DNA from: Dehalococcoidia bacterium
GTDB lineage: Bacteria > Chloroflexota > Dehalococcoidia > Lucifugimonadales > VXLM01
Assembly: GCA_963662435.1 (NCBI GenBank)
Contig: OY759598.1
Span: 2,326,507-2,390,506, forward strand
Direction: 5' to 3'
Length of the DNA stretch: 64,000 nucleotides
In this document: in pieces, positions 21,512-31,452 of the stretch
How positions within the stretch are numbered: position 1 is the stretch's first letter
How the letters are laid out: every line of letters begins with the position of its first letter
Notes under the pieces: generated by a model
Databases searched by the model: none
The model's input: the letters and a program-made list of their open reading frames with translations, nothing else
What the model was told of the DNA's origin: nothing
Made by a program: the position numbers and the translations under genes

Positions 21512-22585
21512 ATGGAACTGGGCTACTTCACGATGCCGCTGCACCCGCCCGGCTCTAACCTCACTCAGACGCTGGAAGACGACCTGCAGCAGATGATTAC
21601 TCTCGACAGGCTGGGTTATCGGGAGGCGTGGATCGGCGAGCACTTCACCGCCCAGTGGGAGAACATACCCGCACCCGACCTCTTCATCGCGCAGGCTCTC
21701 GGCCTGACCGACAACATCATTTTCGGTACCGGCGTCTCGTGCCTGCCGAACCACAACCCCTTCATGCTGGCCCATCGTATCGCGCAGCTCGACCACATGG
21801 CCAAGGGACGCTTTCACTGGGGAGTCGGATCAGGGGGCTTCGTGGGGGACTTCGAGGTGTTCGGCTTCGATCCGAGTAAAGGAGAACACCTCGCCATGTC
21901 GCGTGACTCCCTGGAGCTTGTTCTGCAGCTCTGGCAGGACCCCAAGCCGGGCAGGTACAAGAGCGAGTATTGGGACTTCAACGTACCGGAGACTATCGGC
22001 GAGATCGGACTCGACCTTCATGTGCGACCGTACCAGTTGCCGCACCCTCCCATCGGCGTCGCGGGAGTGTCCCCCAACTCGGGGACGCTTGTGGTCGCGG
22101 GCGAGCGAGGCTTTATTCCCATGAGCATCAACATCGTGCCTCCGTCCGTGATCGGCACCCACTGGGAGGCCGTCGAGAGAGGCGCCGAAAAGTCGGGGCG
22201 TGTGCCTGACCGATCCACATGGCGCGTCGCCCGGGAGGTCTACGTCGCAGAGACGACGGAGCAGGCGCGGCGGGAAGTCATGGAGGGAACGTTGGCCCGC
22301 GACTTCGGGCAGTACTTCATGAAGATGCTGCCGTACACCAAGCGGACCGATCTGCTAAAGAACGATCCCGATATGCCTGACTCCGACGTCACCCTTGAAT
22401 ACGTCCTCGATAACATCTTCATCGTCGGCAGCCCGGACCACGTGACGGAACGGTTGGAGGAGCTGCATCACAACGTCGGTGGCTTTGGCATCCTCCTCAC
22501 AATGGGACACGAGTGGGAGCCGCGAGAGCAGTGGGAGCGCTCCATCACCCTCCTGAAGAACGAGGTGATCCCTCGCCTACCGTGA
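21512..22585 (+). CDS. luciferase-like (LLM class) flavin-dependent monooxygenase
   Basis: MELGYFTMPLHP, AWIGEH, FGTGV, AQLDHM and IVGSPD motifs; GGAGG RBS before ATG 21512. Confidence 0.92.
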   Translation: MELGYFTMPLHPPGSNLTQTLEDDLQQMITLDRLGYREAWIGEHFTAQWENIPAPDLFIAQALGLTDNIIFGTGVSCLPNHNPFMLAHRIAQLDHMAKGRFHWGVGSGGFVGDFEVFGFDPSKGEHLAMSRDSLELVLQLWQDPKPGRYKSEYWDFNVPETIGEIGLDLHVRPYQLPHPPIGVAGVSPNSGTLVVAGERGFIPMSINIVPPSVIGTHWEAVERGAEKSGRVPDRSTWRVAREVYVAETTEQARREVMEGTLARDFGQYFMKMLPYTKRTDLLKNDPDMPDSDVTLEYVLDNIFIVGSPDHVTERLEELHHNVGGFGILLTMGHEWEPREQWERSITLLKNEVIPRLP

Positions 22586-22610
22586 TGTCCGGTACCCCCC
22601 AAATTTACCT

Positions 22611-22633
22611 GACATTTCCGGACATTTCCGGAC
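22611..22633. repeat. 10-bp tandem repeat GACATTTCCG (about 2.3 copies)
   Basis: GACATTTCCG GACATTTCCG GAC; related to the array at 46697-46724. Confidence 0.8.
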
Positions 22634-23018
22634 TTTGCTATCGGAGCAAGCTGTATTTCCGAATGGTGTAATGGCCCCATTATTCTATGTTGGTGATCCA
22701 AGAGCTGTCCTAGTCGTCATGGTCCAACACAACGGCCCTCTCGGCGTAGTACATGCAGGGTTCTCGACCAAAATCGGAGCGTGGAGTCATACCGGTCCAG
22801 CAAACGATGGACATCACCCATCGCTGCCATGCCACATTCTGTCGGCCTCCAACCGGCTTGTGCTACTATTGTGGCCACCGCATCAATAGGCTTCGGTGGG
22901 GCGCGAATTCAGAACCAGCAAGCCTAGCCGAACTCTTCCAACTCGCCGCCGCTGAGATTAGTGTTCAAACCACGGCGGCCTTGGCGCTTGCGTTTAATTC
23001 CCTTGGAGTAGGGTACTC

Positions 23019-23690
23019 ATGGACATTAGCAGCATCTTTCCCAATGGATTAGACATCAATGACGCGCTGGACCTCCTGGGTCCCGTGGCGACTTACGTAC
23101 TGGGCATGTCCATCTTTGCGATTTTCGTGTTTAAGTTTTATCGGTTCGTGGCTGCCCGGGACGTAATTGCGCTGGATCTTGCTAAATATGAAGGTATGAG
23201 CTTTGGATGGGCGAAGTCTCTCTTCCACTTCGTTGTGTATGTAGTCAAGTATCTTCTTCTATTTCCGGTCTTCGCGTTCTTCTGGTTTGCAATCATTGCG
23301 GTGATATTGGCCTTCCTGTCCAAAGAGCAGACATTCTCGGAAACTCTATTGATAGCCCTAGTCACTGTCAGTGCCATCCGTGTTACGGCCTACTACAAGG
23401 AAGACCTAGCTCGAGACCTGGCGAAAATCCTGCCATTCGCAGTACTGAGCGCCTTGATTATCAATGCTTCTTTTTCTTCTGTTTCGGATTCCCTTGACCG
23501 GCTGAGAATGGCCGGAGATCACGGCGAAACCATTTTCTACTATCTGGTGTTTCTCATAGCCTTGGAGTTTGTGTTGCGGCTCATTGTGGGCGTGGTAAGA
23601 CCGCTAGCGGGCTTTAGAAACGGGAAACCCAAACCCAGTGACCCAGCCGGCGACTCGGAGCCATCTCAGAGCGGTGCCCTGCAACCTTAG
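23019..23690 (+). CDS. hypothetical membrane protein
   Basis: 223-aa ORF with about 5 hydrophobic segments; GGAG upstream. Confidence 0.75.
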   Translation: MDISSIFPNGLDINDALDLLGPVATYVLGMSIFAIFVFKFYRFVAARDVIALDLAKYEGMSFGWAKSLFHFVVYVVKYLLLFPVFAFFWFAIIAVILAFLSKEQTFSETLLIALVTVSAIRVTAYYKEDLARDLAKILPFAVLSALIINASFSSVSDSLDRLRMAGDHGETIFYYLVFLIALEFVLRLIVGVVRPLAGFRNGKPKPSDPAGDSEPSQSGALQP

Positions 23691-23944
23691 CTGGAATCGA
23701 AACAGACACCACCCGCTCGATTTCCCGCAGTCGCACGTCAAACTCTATGTTCAGCTCGACCGAGAATCTGCTTCATATCGCCTGTTATTCCCGCAAAGGA
23801 CCGTAGCGAGTAGGCACGCGCTCAGCACAGTTATGGGAATCGAAGTCGCACGGCCACTTAGGGCAAACGGTATTCCAGATGAGCGCAGGGAACACGTAGG
23901 GATGAACTCTGGCGTAAGGTTCCCTTACGCTGTACGCTGGAATC

Positions 23945-25984
23945 ATGGATCCGGACGAGATCGTCGTAGCAAGACTGAACCAGGGAGCGACCGTCCTCCG
24001 TTACGTGGACAGAACGCCGTCGCGCGTTACCCTCGCGCTCGGGCGGAATAAGCAAGCCAAGCTGCCTGCCGACCGCATCATGTACGCGACCGGCATCGTC
24101 CCGAGTGACTACGAGGCCTTCCTCGAGTTCCGTGATAGCGCGGAGGCGGCCTCCAAGGAGATCGACCTTTCCGAGGTCTGGGAGGTGACGGTCGACGAGC
24201 AGGTCGACATGAGCATCGAGGAGGTCGCCGATCTGTACTTTGAGAATGGCTTCGATGCGTCGGAGATAGTCGCTCTTACTCTGCATCTCGACCGCGGCTC
24301 CGACTACTTTGTTTCGCAGGGTGGAAGCCTCGTACCCCGATCCCAGGAGGACCTTGAGACCCTCCGTACCCGGCGCCGTCGGGAGGCGGAGAACGCAGAA
24401 GCGGCCAGAACCCTTATGGCTGCGCTAGTTGAGGGAACGCTCCCTGAGCCCATGTCACGACTGCATGAGGGACTACTAGCACACATCAGGGGTTTCGCCA
24501 TACATGGCGACGACTACACCCGCAGCTATGCGGCTCACTCATTGCTTCGAGAAGCTGCTGAAGGGACGCGCGACCTGCAGCGTTGGGCATTTGACCTTCT
24601 TGTGAGCGCGGGCGTATTCGCGGACGACGAACCTCTTGAACTGCACCGCTCCGAGGTCGAGGAAGAGTTCCCACAGGCGGCGTTCGATGAGGCCGACTCG
24701 ATTCTCCACATCGGCGACGTCGACGACCAAGCCCGGCTGGACCTCACGGGCCTGGTGACCTTCACGATTGACGACGCCGATACACGCGACAGGGACGATG
24801 CACTATCGCTGGAGTCGATTGACGGAGGCTACCGTCTGGGCATTCACATAGCCGACGCAGGCTCGCTCGTGCCTCATGGCGGATCGATGGATACCGAGGC
24901 CCACAGGCGGATGGCGACCTTATACCTACCCGATCGGTCCATTCCCATGCTGCCCCCGGGGTTCGTGAGGGGAGTCGGTAGCCTTGATCCCGACCAAGTA
25001 CGACGTGCTGTGAGTCTCCTGATCAATGTCGATGAGTCAGGGGAGGTCTTGGACTATGAGATCAGGCCGTCGCTGATACAGAGCACGGCCGCAATATCCT
25101 ACGACGAAGCAAACGACGCAATTGCGGACGAGTCACACGCCTGGCATACGACACTTCGCCCGATGAGCGACCTGGCAGTGGCGCTGCTTGAGAGGCGAGA
25201 GAGTAAGGGGGCAATCAACGTCAATCGCGAGGAGATGGTCATCAGCGTTGCCTCACCTAACGACATCCGTGTACGCGTCGTGGCCCGCAACACTCCTGCC
25301 CGCGATCTCGTTTCCGAGATGATGGTGCTCTGCAACTCGCTGAAGGCCGACTACTGCAAGGTGCATGAGATTCCGGCCTCCTACAGATCTCAGTCCGCGC
25401 CGGACGTCTCCGACCTCGATCTGTTTGATGAAGACGGCATCCTTCGGCCGCTGACTCGTTTGCAGCAGTACCGCCTCATGCGGCGGTTCACGCCTGCAGT
25501 TATCAGCGTCACACCTACGCCCCACGTCGGACTTGGGGTCGACTCCTATATCCAGGCGACCTCTCCCCTGCGCCGGTACCCTGACCTCGTGATGCAACGG
25601 CAGATCAGCCACTACCTTGTCGTTGGAGAGCCTGTCTATTCTGACGATGACATATCGCTAGTGGCAAAGCGCGCAGAGTTGCAGATGCGAGATCTGTCGA
25701 GGATCGAAGAATCAAGGCGGCGGTATTGGTTCCTGAAATACCTCAAGCTGACTCGGCTCAATGCCACCGATGGATCCGACCTTTTCAGGGCGTATGTCCT
25801 CGAAAACGAGCCCCGTCGCCTTGCATCGCTCGACCTCGACGAGTACCCGTTTCGGGTGAGGGCGGATATGCCTAGCACGATAGAGCCGGGCACAACGGTA
25901 ACTATCAGGTTGACAGGAGTAGACCTATGGCGGCGTCAGGCGTACTTCCTGCATTTGCCCGACCACCAGCCTGAGGCAGACTAG
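23945..25984 (+). CDS. RNB-domain exoribonuclease (RNase II/R family)
   Basis: TIDDADTRDRDDALS, IHIAD, TLYLPD and ATSPLRRYPDL motifs. Confidence 0.92.
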   Translation: MDPDEIVVARLNQGATVLRYVDRTPSRVTLALGRNKQAKLPADRIMYATGIVPSDYEAFLEFRDSAEAASKEIDLSEVWEVTVDEQVDMSIEEVADLYFENGFDASEIVALTLHLDRGSDYFVSQGGSLVPRSQEDLETLRTRRRREAENAEAARTLMAALVEGTLPEPMSRLHEGLLAHIRGFAIHGDDYTRSYAAHSLLREAAEGTRDLQRWAFDLLVSAGVFADDEPLELHRSEVEEEFPQAAFDEADSILHIGDVDDQARLDLTGLVTFTIDDADTRDRDDALSLESIDGGYRLGIHIADAGSLVPHGGSMDTEAHRRMATLYLPDRSIPMLPPGFVRGVGSLDPDQVRRAVSLLINVDESGEVLDYEIRPSLIQSTAAISYDEANDAIADESHAWHTTLRPMSDLAVALLERRESKGAINVNREEMVISVASPNDIRVRVVARNTPARDLVSEMMVLCNSLKADYCKVHEIPASYRSQSAPDVSDLDLFDEDGILRPLTRLQQYRLMRRFTPAVISVTPTPHVGLGVDSYIQATSPLRRYPDLVMQRQISHYLVVGEPVYSDDDISLVAKRAELQMRDLSRIEESRRRYWFLKYLKLTRLNATDGSDLFRAYVLENEPRRLASLDLDEYPFRVRADMPSTIEPGTTVTIRLTGVDLWRRQAYFLHLPDHQPEAD

Positions 25985-25988
25985 AGCC

Positions 25989-27200
25989 CTACGCGGGCAT
26001 CTGCTGAGCCAACAGGCTTCGCAGCGAGTCCTCGAACTCCTCCCGCTGCCACCGCCTTATCTCAGGGGCCTGAAGTTCGGTCTCCAGGTCATTGGGAAAG
26101 GACGCAAGCCTCTGGAGACTCACCATTGGCCAGAGGAGTCCAACCGCAAGGGATAGTCGTTTGGCATGTTCGGAACGCCACGCCTTGAGCTTGTCCAAGC
26201 GCTGGCTGGCCCTAGCCCGCTCGGCCCGCGAGAAGCGTCGACCACGAGGTTGTCGGGGTCGAACGAGGGGTTCTTCTGCCCTGCCCAGTTTGATGGCGTC
26301 TCGAACTCCTGCTGCTAGCCTGCCCCGTCCGAACATTCCCAGACCTCGCACTTCACGCAGGTCTAAGCCAGGATCCGCCGCGAGTGACACCAACACCGCG
26401 TCATGGATCACGCGAAAATGGGGACGCCCCAGCCGGAGCGCGTGTCGCTCCCGAAACCCCATGAGCGCCCTGAGGATGGCGAGCCCGCGCCCGTCGAGGT
26501 CGCGCGATCCTTTCACGGAGAAGACCGCCATTTCCGGGTCGGGAGCCTGGTACCGAATCGCCGAGAGGCGGTCGCACTCTTCCTTGACCCAAGAAGTGCG
26601 GCCCAGAGTTCGAAGTTCGTCGGCAAGCCTGTCTCTCAGACCGAAAAGGTGCAGCACATCCCCGGCTGCGTACGCGAGAGCCGCGTCGCTGAGGGGACGG
26701 ATCGACCAATCGGAGCGCTGGATGCTCTTCTCCTTCGGGATGGTGACGTTCAAGAAGTCCTGAAGGGTGGACGCGAGGCCGAGACGCTCACTCCCCACGA
26801 AGGCCGCGGCAATGCTCGTGTCGAATAAGTTTCCGACGCGAAAGCCCCAGTCACGGTCGAGGCTTCGGATGTCGTGGTCGCCGGAATGCAGCACTGTCTC
26901 GACCGACGGACTCGCCAGGACCTCCCCAAGCGGGCTCATGTCCCCAATGGCGATCGGGTCGACCAGGTACGCACGTCCGGCAGCCCACAGCTGAATGAGG
27001 CAGATGCGCTCCGGGTAACGGAAGAACCCGTTCGATTCGAGATCAAATCCGATGCGAAGCTCCCGTGAAATTCGGCGCATGATCCCTGAGAGACTTTCAC
27101 CGTCGGTGACGACTTCGTAGTCCGTTGTTTCGGAGCGCTTACGCTCGCGTGAGGTTGCTGAGATTTTCCCATCCCGTGAGTTCGTGTTTTTGCTACTCAT
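25989..27200 (-). CDS. rnd: ribonuclease D (DEDD exonuclease with HRDC domain)
   Basis: FDLES, CLIQL, FDT, SDWSIRPL and YAAGDV motifs; start moved to ATG 27200. Confidence 0.88.
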   Translation of the reverse strand: MSSKNTNSRDGKISATSRERKRSETTDYEVVTDGESLSGIMRRISRELRIGFDLESNGFFRYPERICLIQLWAAGRAYLVDPIAIGDMSPLGEVLASPSVETVLHSGDHDIRSLDRDWGFRVGNLFDTSIAAAFVGSERLGLASTLQDFLNVTIPKEKSIQRSDWSIRPLSDAALAYAAGDVLHLFGLRDRLADELRTLGRTSWVKEECDRLSAIRYQAPDPEMAVFSVKGSRDLDGRGLAILRALMGFRERHALRLGRPHFRVIHDAVLVSLAADPGLDLREVRGLGMFGRGRLAAGVRDAIKLGRAEEPLVRPRQPRGRRFSRAERARASQRLDKLKAWRSEHAKRLSLAVGLLWPMVSLQRLASFPNDLETELQAPEIRRWQREEFEDSLRSLLAQQMPA

Positions 27201-27387
27201 CGACGGGGGAGTGTACCACAACCATTCTCTGCAATGGAGATGTTCTCCCTGCCGCAAGGGGCCGATTCTTAAGCCACGTGCGGTATAATTCCCAGAGAAG
27301 CGGCTTCGGGGTGCTAGGAACGACAACGCAATGACTTGCCGCGCTTTGTAGGGATTGATTTGACCGTATCCCAAAAGGGAGTAGTTC

Positions 27388-28572
27388 ATGCAGTTGCCAT
27401 CTTGGACGCGGATCGTCGGTTGGGGACTCTTGCCAGTCTTCCTCGCGATAGCAGTCGCCTGCGGAGGCGACGACAGTGGGGAAGAGAGCCAGTTTCGAAT
27501 CGGTGTGATGGAGTCCGTGACGGGCGCCGGTGAGACCTACGGTAATGTAGCGGTTCGTGCCAAACAGATGGCTGCGGACGAGATCAATGAAGCCGGAGGC
27601 ATCAACGGGCGTATGCTGGAACTCGTCATCGAAGACTCTAAGTGCAGCGCCCAGGACGCCATCCAAGCCTACAACAAGCTCACCGACGTCAACGGGATGA
27701 AGATCATCCTCGGCACGTCGTGCAGCGGAGCGATGCTTGGCGTCGCGCCACACGCCGAGGAGGATGGAGTGGTGCTCTTCTCCGGACTAGCCAGTAATCC
27801 CGACATTGCCGATGCGGGCGACTATATTTTCAGGACTCAAATCAGCGACATCGAGGTGGGGATGAGAACAGGAAGCGTTCTCTGGGCCGACGGCATCCGC
27901 AACCTGGCCACCATCACCGAAGAGACCGACTATGCCGAAGGAGTCAGGCGTACGTCCGTAGAGCAGTTTGAGAAACTCGGGGGCACCGTAATTGCCGCTG
28001 AGCGATACGGCAGTGATGTAACCGATTTCAGGTCTCAACTCACCAAGCTGATCGGGGCGAATCCGGACGCAATTCACTTGGCACCCCAGTCCGAATTTTC
28101 GGCCGGCACCATAATCAAGCAGGCCAGAGAGCTGGGATATGAAGGCCCGATTTACGGCGAGACCATCACGGTCGGGACGACCTCTCTTGACATTGCCGGC
28201 GATGCGGCGAGCGGCGTCAAGGCCATCACGGCAGCTCCCGATCCCAACAATGAGAAAGCCCAGGAAGTTCTCTCCAACTTCAGGGCGCGATATAACTATG
28301 TGACCTTGCCGTGGCATCTCGGGTCGGCCTATGACGATGTCTACATAGCTGCGGAGTGCCTCAAAATGACCGAAGACGATCAGGACGCCGATGGGTTCCG
28401 CGACTGTCTCTATGACATCACGTGGAGCGGCGCCATCGGCACCAACTACAGCTTCGACTCCGACGGAGAGGTTGTCGGCCTCTCCAGGGCGGTCGTGGAG
28501 GTCCTGCCGCCCGCACTACGAACGGAAGAGAACTACGGGTACAAGGTCCTGAGCGGTGATCAGCCAGAGTAG
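27388..28572 (+). CDS. LivJ/K-type ABC substrate-binding lipoprotein, copy 1
   Basis: Lipobox AVAC; INEAGGINGR, EDSKC and TDYAEG motifs. Confidence 0.92.
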   Translation: MQLPSWTRIVGWGLLPVFLAIAVACGGDDSGEESQFRIGVMESVTGAGETYGNVAVRAKQMAADEINEAGGINGRMLELVIEDSKCSAQDAIQAYNKLTDVNGMKIILGTSCSGAMLGVAPHAEEDGVVLFSGLASNPDIADAGDYIFRTQISDIEVGMRTGSVLWADGIRNLATITEETDYAEGVRRTSVEQFEKLGGTVIAAERYGSDVTDFRSQLTKLIGANPDAIHLAPQSEFSAGTIIKQARELGYEGPIYGETITVGTTSLDIAGDAASGVKAITAAPDPNNEKAQEVLSNFRARYNYVTLPWHLGSAYDDVYIAAECLKMTEDDQDADGFRDCLYDITWSGAIGTNYSFDSDGEVVGLSRAVVEVLPPALRTEENYGYKVLSGDQPE

Positions 28573-28739
28573 TAGGGTCGGAGGGTACTTTGGGGGTTTG
28601 TCAGACGTGCTCGTCGCCTCGCGCGTAAACATTCGTCACTTCGAACCCGCTGCCAGTACTTGCAAGGTTCAACTTTCGGTGATATAAGGTATTGTGAGCA
28701 TTGGCAAGGAAAATCGTCCTTACGAAAAGGGGGTATGTC

Positions 28740-29921
28740 ATGCCTACTCTATTTTGGAAAAGATTCGTAGCGATAGGTCTTCTAACGGTTTTGGTCACTA
28801 CGCTCGCGGCTTGTGGTGGGGACGAAGATGAAGGAGAACCGTTTCGGATTGGCGTAATGGAATCCCTTACCGGGCCAGGCGAGACCTACGGGCAAGTGGC
28901 CAACAATGCCAAGCAGTTGGCAGTTGCCGAAATTAATGAGGCGGGAGGGATCAACGGGCGGATGTTGGAGCTTGTTGTAGAGGATTCCAAATGCAGCGCC
29001 CAAGATGCCATAACCGCTTTCAAAAAGCTGACTGATGTCGATGGGATAAAGATCATCCTTGGCACGTCTTGCAGTGGGGCGATGCTGGGGGCCGCGCCAC
29101 TCGCCGAGGATGAGGGCGTGGTGATGTTCTCCGGTCTGGCGACAAACCCCGACATCGCTGAGGCGGGCGACTTTATCTTCCGAACGGCGATGAATGACGC
29201 ACAGCTAGGCATAGACACGGGCAATGTGCTCTGGTCCGACGGAATCCGCAACCTCGCGACGATCAACGAGTCGACGGACTATGCCGAGGGCGTGAGACGC
29301 GCGTCGGTCGCTCAGTTCGAGAAGCGCGGCGGGGAAGTAGTAGCGGCTGAGCAGTACGCCTCGGATACAACCGATTTCAGAAGCCAGCTGACCAAGCTGC
29401 TGAACGCAAACCCTGACGCCATTCACATTGCGGCCCAAGGGGAGTTCAGTGGCGGGACAATAGTCAAGCAGCTCAGGGAACTTGGCTACAACGGCCCCAT
29501 CTACTCGGAGGTCGTCCCGATTGGGTCGGAGGCCCTCGAGATCGCCGGTGATGCGGCAACCGGGCTGAAGGCTATTACGGCGGATCTCGATCCGGCCAAC
29601 AATAGGGCGCAAGAGGTCCTGGGCAGCTACAGGGACCGCTACGGCCAGGTTACGCTGCCGTGGTATCTCGGCTCCGCCTACGACGATGTGTACATCACTG
29701 CAGAGTGTCTCAAGAGGACGGACGATGACCAGGATGCGGAGGGGTTCAGGGACTGTCTGTACGACATCACTTGGAGCGGCGCAATCGGGACCAATTACAG
29801 CTTTGACGACAGGGGCGAGGTCGTAGGTCTTTCCAATGTTGTGGTGGAGGTACTCCCGACGTCCGACAGGACTGAAGACAATAACGGGTATAAGGTCTTG
29901 GGAGGCGCTCCTACCGAGTAG
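28740..29921 (+). CDS. LivJ/K-type ABC substrate-binding lipoprotein, copy 2
   Basis: Lipobox LAAC; closely similar to copy 1; start moved to ATG 28740. Confidence 0.92.
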   Translation: MPTLFWKRFVAIGLLTVLVTTLAACGGDEDEGEPFRIGVMESLTGPGETYGQVANNAKQLAVAEINEAGGINGRMLELVVEDSKCSAQDAITAFKKLTDVDGIKIILGTSCSGAMLGAAPLAEDEGVVMFSGLATNPDIAEAGDFIFRTAMNDAQLGIDTGNVLWSDGIRNLATINESTDYAEGVRRASVAQFEKRGGEVVAAEQYASDTTDFRSQLTKLLNANPDAIHIAAQGEFSGGTIVKQLRELGYNGPIYSEVVPIGSEALEIAGDAATGLKAITADLDPANNRAQEVLGSYRDRYGQVTLPWYLGSAYDDVYITAECLKRTDDDQDAEGFRDCLYDITWSGAIGTNYSFDDRGEVVGLSNVVVEVLPTSDRTEDNNGYKVLGGAPTE

Positions 29922-30003
29922 GTTCTAGCCATTGACTTTGAATCCCGTTAGCATAGCGCCGGACTGAGCACGGTTTCAGCGGCAGCGTCTACGAAATCAA
30001 CAG

Positions 30004-30040
30004 GTCTCCTGGGCCGTCGAGCAGAGGCGGCGCAGGAGAC
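30004..30040 (+). terminator. intergenic stem-loop (terminator or mRNA-stabilising hairpin)
   Basis: GTCTCCTG...CAGGAGAC inverted repeat between the second binding protein and the first permease; no U-tract. Confidence 0.45.
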
Positions 30041-30062
30041 TGTGTAGAGGCCCCAAACGTCA

Positions 30063-31448
30063 ATGAGTCTTGAAAAGCTGAAGTTCACGTGGGCGACTCA
30101 GTTGTTCGCGCCCGGTGATCGTCAGAGCAGGCTCTTGGCGACGGTGCTAGCTGCGGCCGTGGCCGCATACCTCATCTGGAAGATCACCCAGTCCCCCGAC
30201 CAAGCTGTTCAGTTCGCCTACAACGGCCTCTCAGTCGGCGCCGTGTACGCGCTCTTGGCGATGGGATTCACGATCGTTTACAGCACCGTTTGGTTCTTTG
30301 ATTTGTACTACGGTGCGGCAGCCGCCATCGGAGCATACGGCGTCTTCTATCTCAGATCTCAAGATGCCTTCGGCGGCCAGTCCTACGTCAACCCGTACGT
30401 GAATATCCTTCTCGCCGTTGTGACCGCCGGGGTAGTAGCTTGGGTCCTCTACGAGGCTTTCTTTCATCGGTTCAAGCCGCGTTTCGGTTCCCGGGTGCTG
30501 TACGTTGTGGGAGGTCTCATTGCCGCTAGCGCGGGCGCATACATGGGAATCGTCCTGAATTTTACGGACTCCACCAACACTATCCTGAGCCCCGGCATAG
30601 GCGTCGCCGTAGCGCTGAGTGCGGGATGGGCTGTCCACAGGGGCGTTCGCAGTGTACTGCCGTCAATGAGCGCCAACCCTATCCTGGTCGCCGCAGGGAT
30701 CGTGGGAGCGGCTATTGGAGGGTATTGCGGATACCTCGTGGCCGAGACTCCCGGTGCGAATCTCTATCTGAGTTGGGGAGTATCGTGTCTCATGGCAGGC
30801 ATCGTCGCCGTTGCCTTTTACCGAGGACTCTACGTATACATGCGCGAGCGATCGAGATCGCCCCTCATAATGCTGGTCGCGACTTTGGGGATTCTCTTGG
30901 CGATCACTGCCGCAACCTCCATCGTCTTCGAGAGCAATCCGCGGCCTCTACCCGCAGCTTTCGGCAGTGCGCCTTGGAAGATCCTCGGGGGAAACATCAA
31001 GGGCTTCAACGTCTTCGCCATCGGTGTTTCCATCGCCGGGTTCGCATTTCTTCTGTATCTCCTCAAACGGACGGCATTTGGAAAAGCCGTGCGGGCCATC
31101 GGCGACGACGAAGAGGTGTCGAAGGTGGTGGGCATAAACACCACGGTCATCATTGCTACAGTATTCTTCATCGGGGCGATCTTTGCGGCGGGCGCCGGTG
31201 TGTTGAGCGGACACGACACGGCTATACAGCCCAGGATGGGACTCCTCCTCTTGCTGAAGGGGTGGATAGCCTCAGTGGTCGGGGGAATTGGGAATCTCTA
31301 TGGAGCAATCGTCGGTGGGTTCGCCCTCGGCATGATTGAGCAGTTCGGAATTTGGGACCTTGCCGGAGAGTGGAAAGACGTGATCTCCTTCATCGTACTC
31401 ATTCTATTTTTATCGTTTTGGCCCAATGGCCTCCTCCCTAGGAAGTAG
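30063..31448 (+). CDS. livH: branched-chain amino acid ABC permease, LivH-like (enlarged)
   Basis: GAVYALLAMGFTIVY, TAFGKAVRA..DD.E and VVGGIGNLYGA motifs. Confidence 0.85.
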   Translation: MSLEKLKFTWATQLFAPGDRQSRLLATVLAAAVAAYLIWKITQSPDQAVQFAYNGLSVGAVYALLAMGFTIVYSTVWFFDLYYGAAAAIGAYGVFYLRSQDAFGGQSYVNPYVNILLAVVTAGVVAWVLYEAFFHRFKPRFGSRVLYVVGGLIAASAGAYMGIVLNFTDSTNTILSPGIGVAVALSAGWAVHRGVRSVLPSMSANPILVAAGIVGAAIGGYCGYLVAETPGANLYLSWGVSCLMAGIVAVAFYRGLYVYMRERSRSPLIMLVATLGILLAITAATSIVFESNPRPLPAAFGSAPWKILGGNIKGFNVFAIGVSIAGFAFLLYLLKRTAFGKAVRAIGDDEEVSKVVGINTTVIIATVFFIGAIFAAGAGVLSGHDTAIQPRMGLLLLLKGWIASVVGGIGNLYGAIVGGFALGMIEQFGIWDLAGEWKDVISFIVLILFLSFWPNGLLPRK

Positions 31449-31452
31449 ACCC

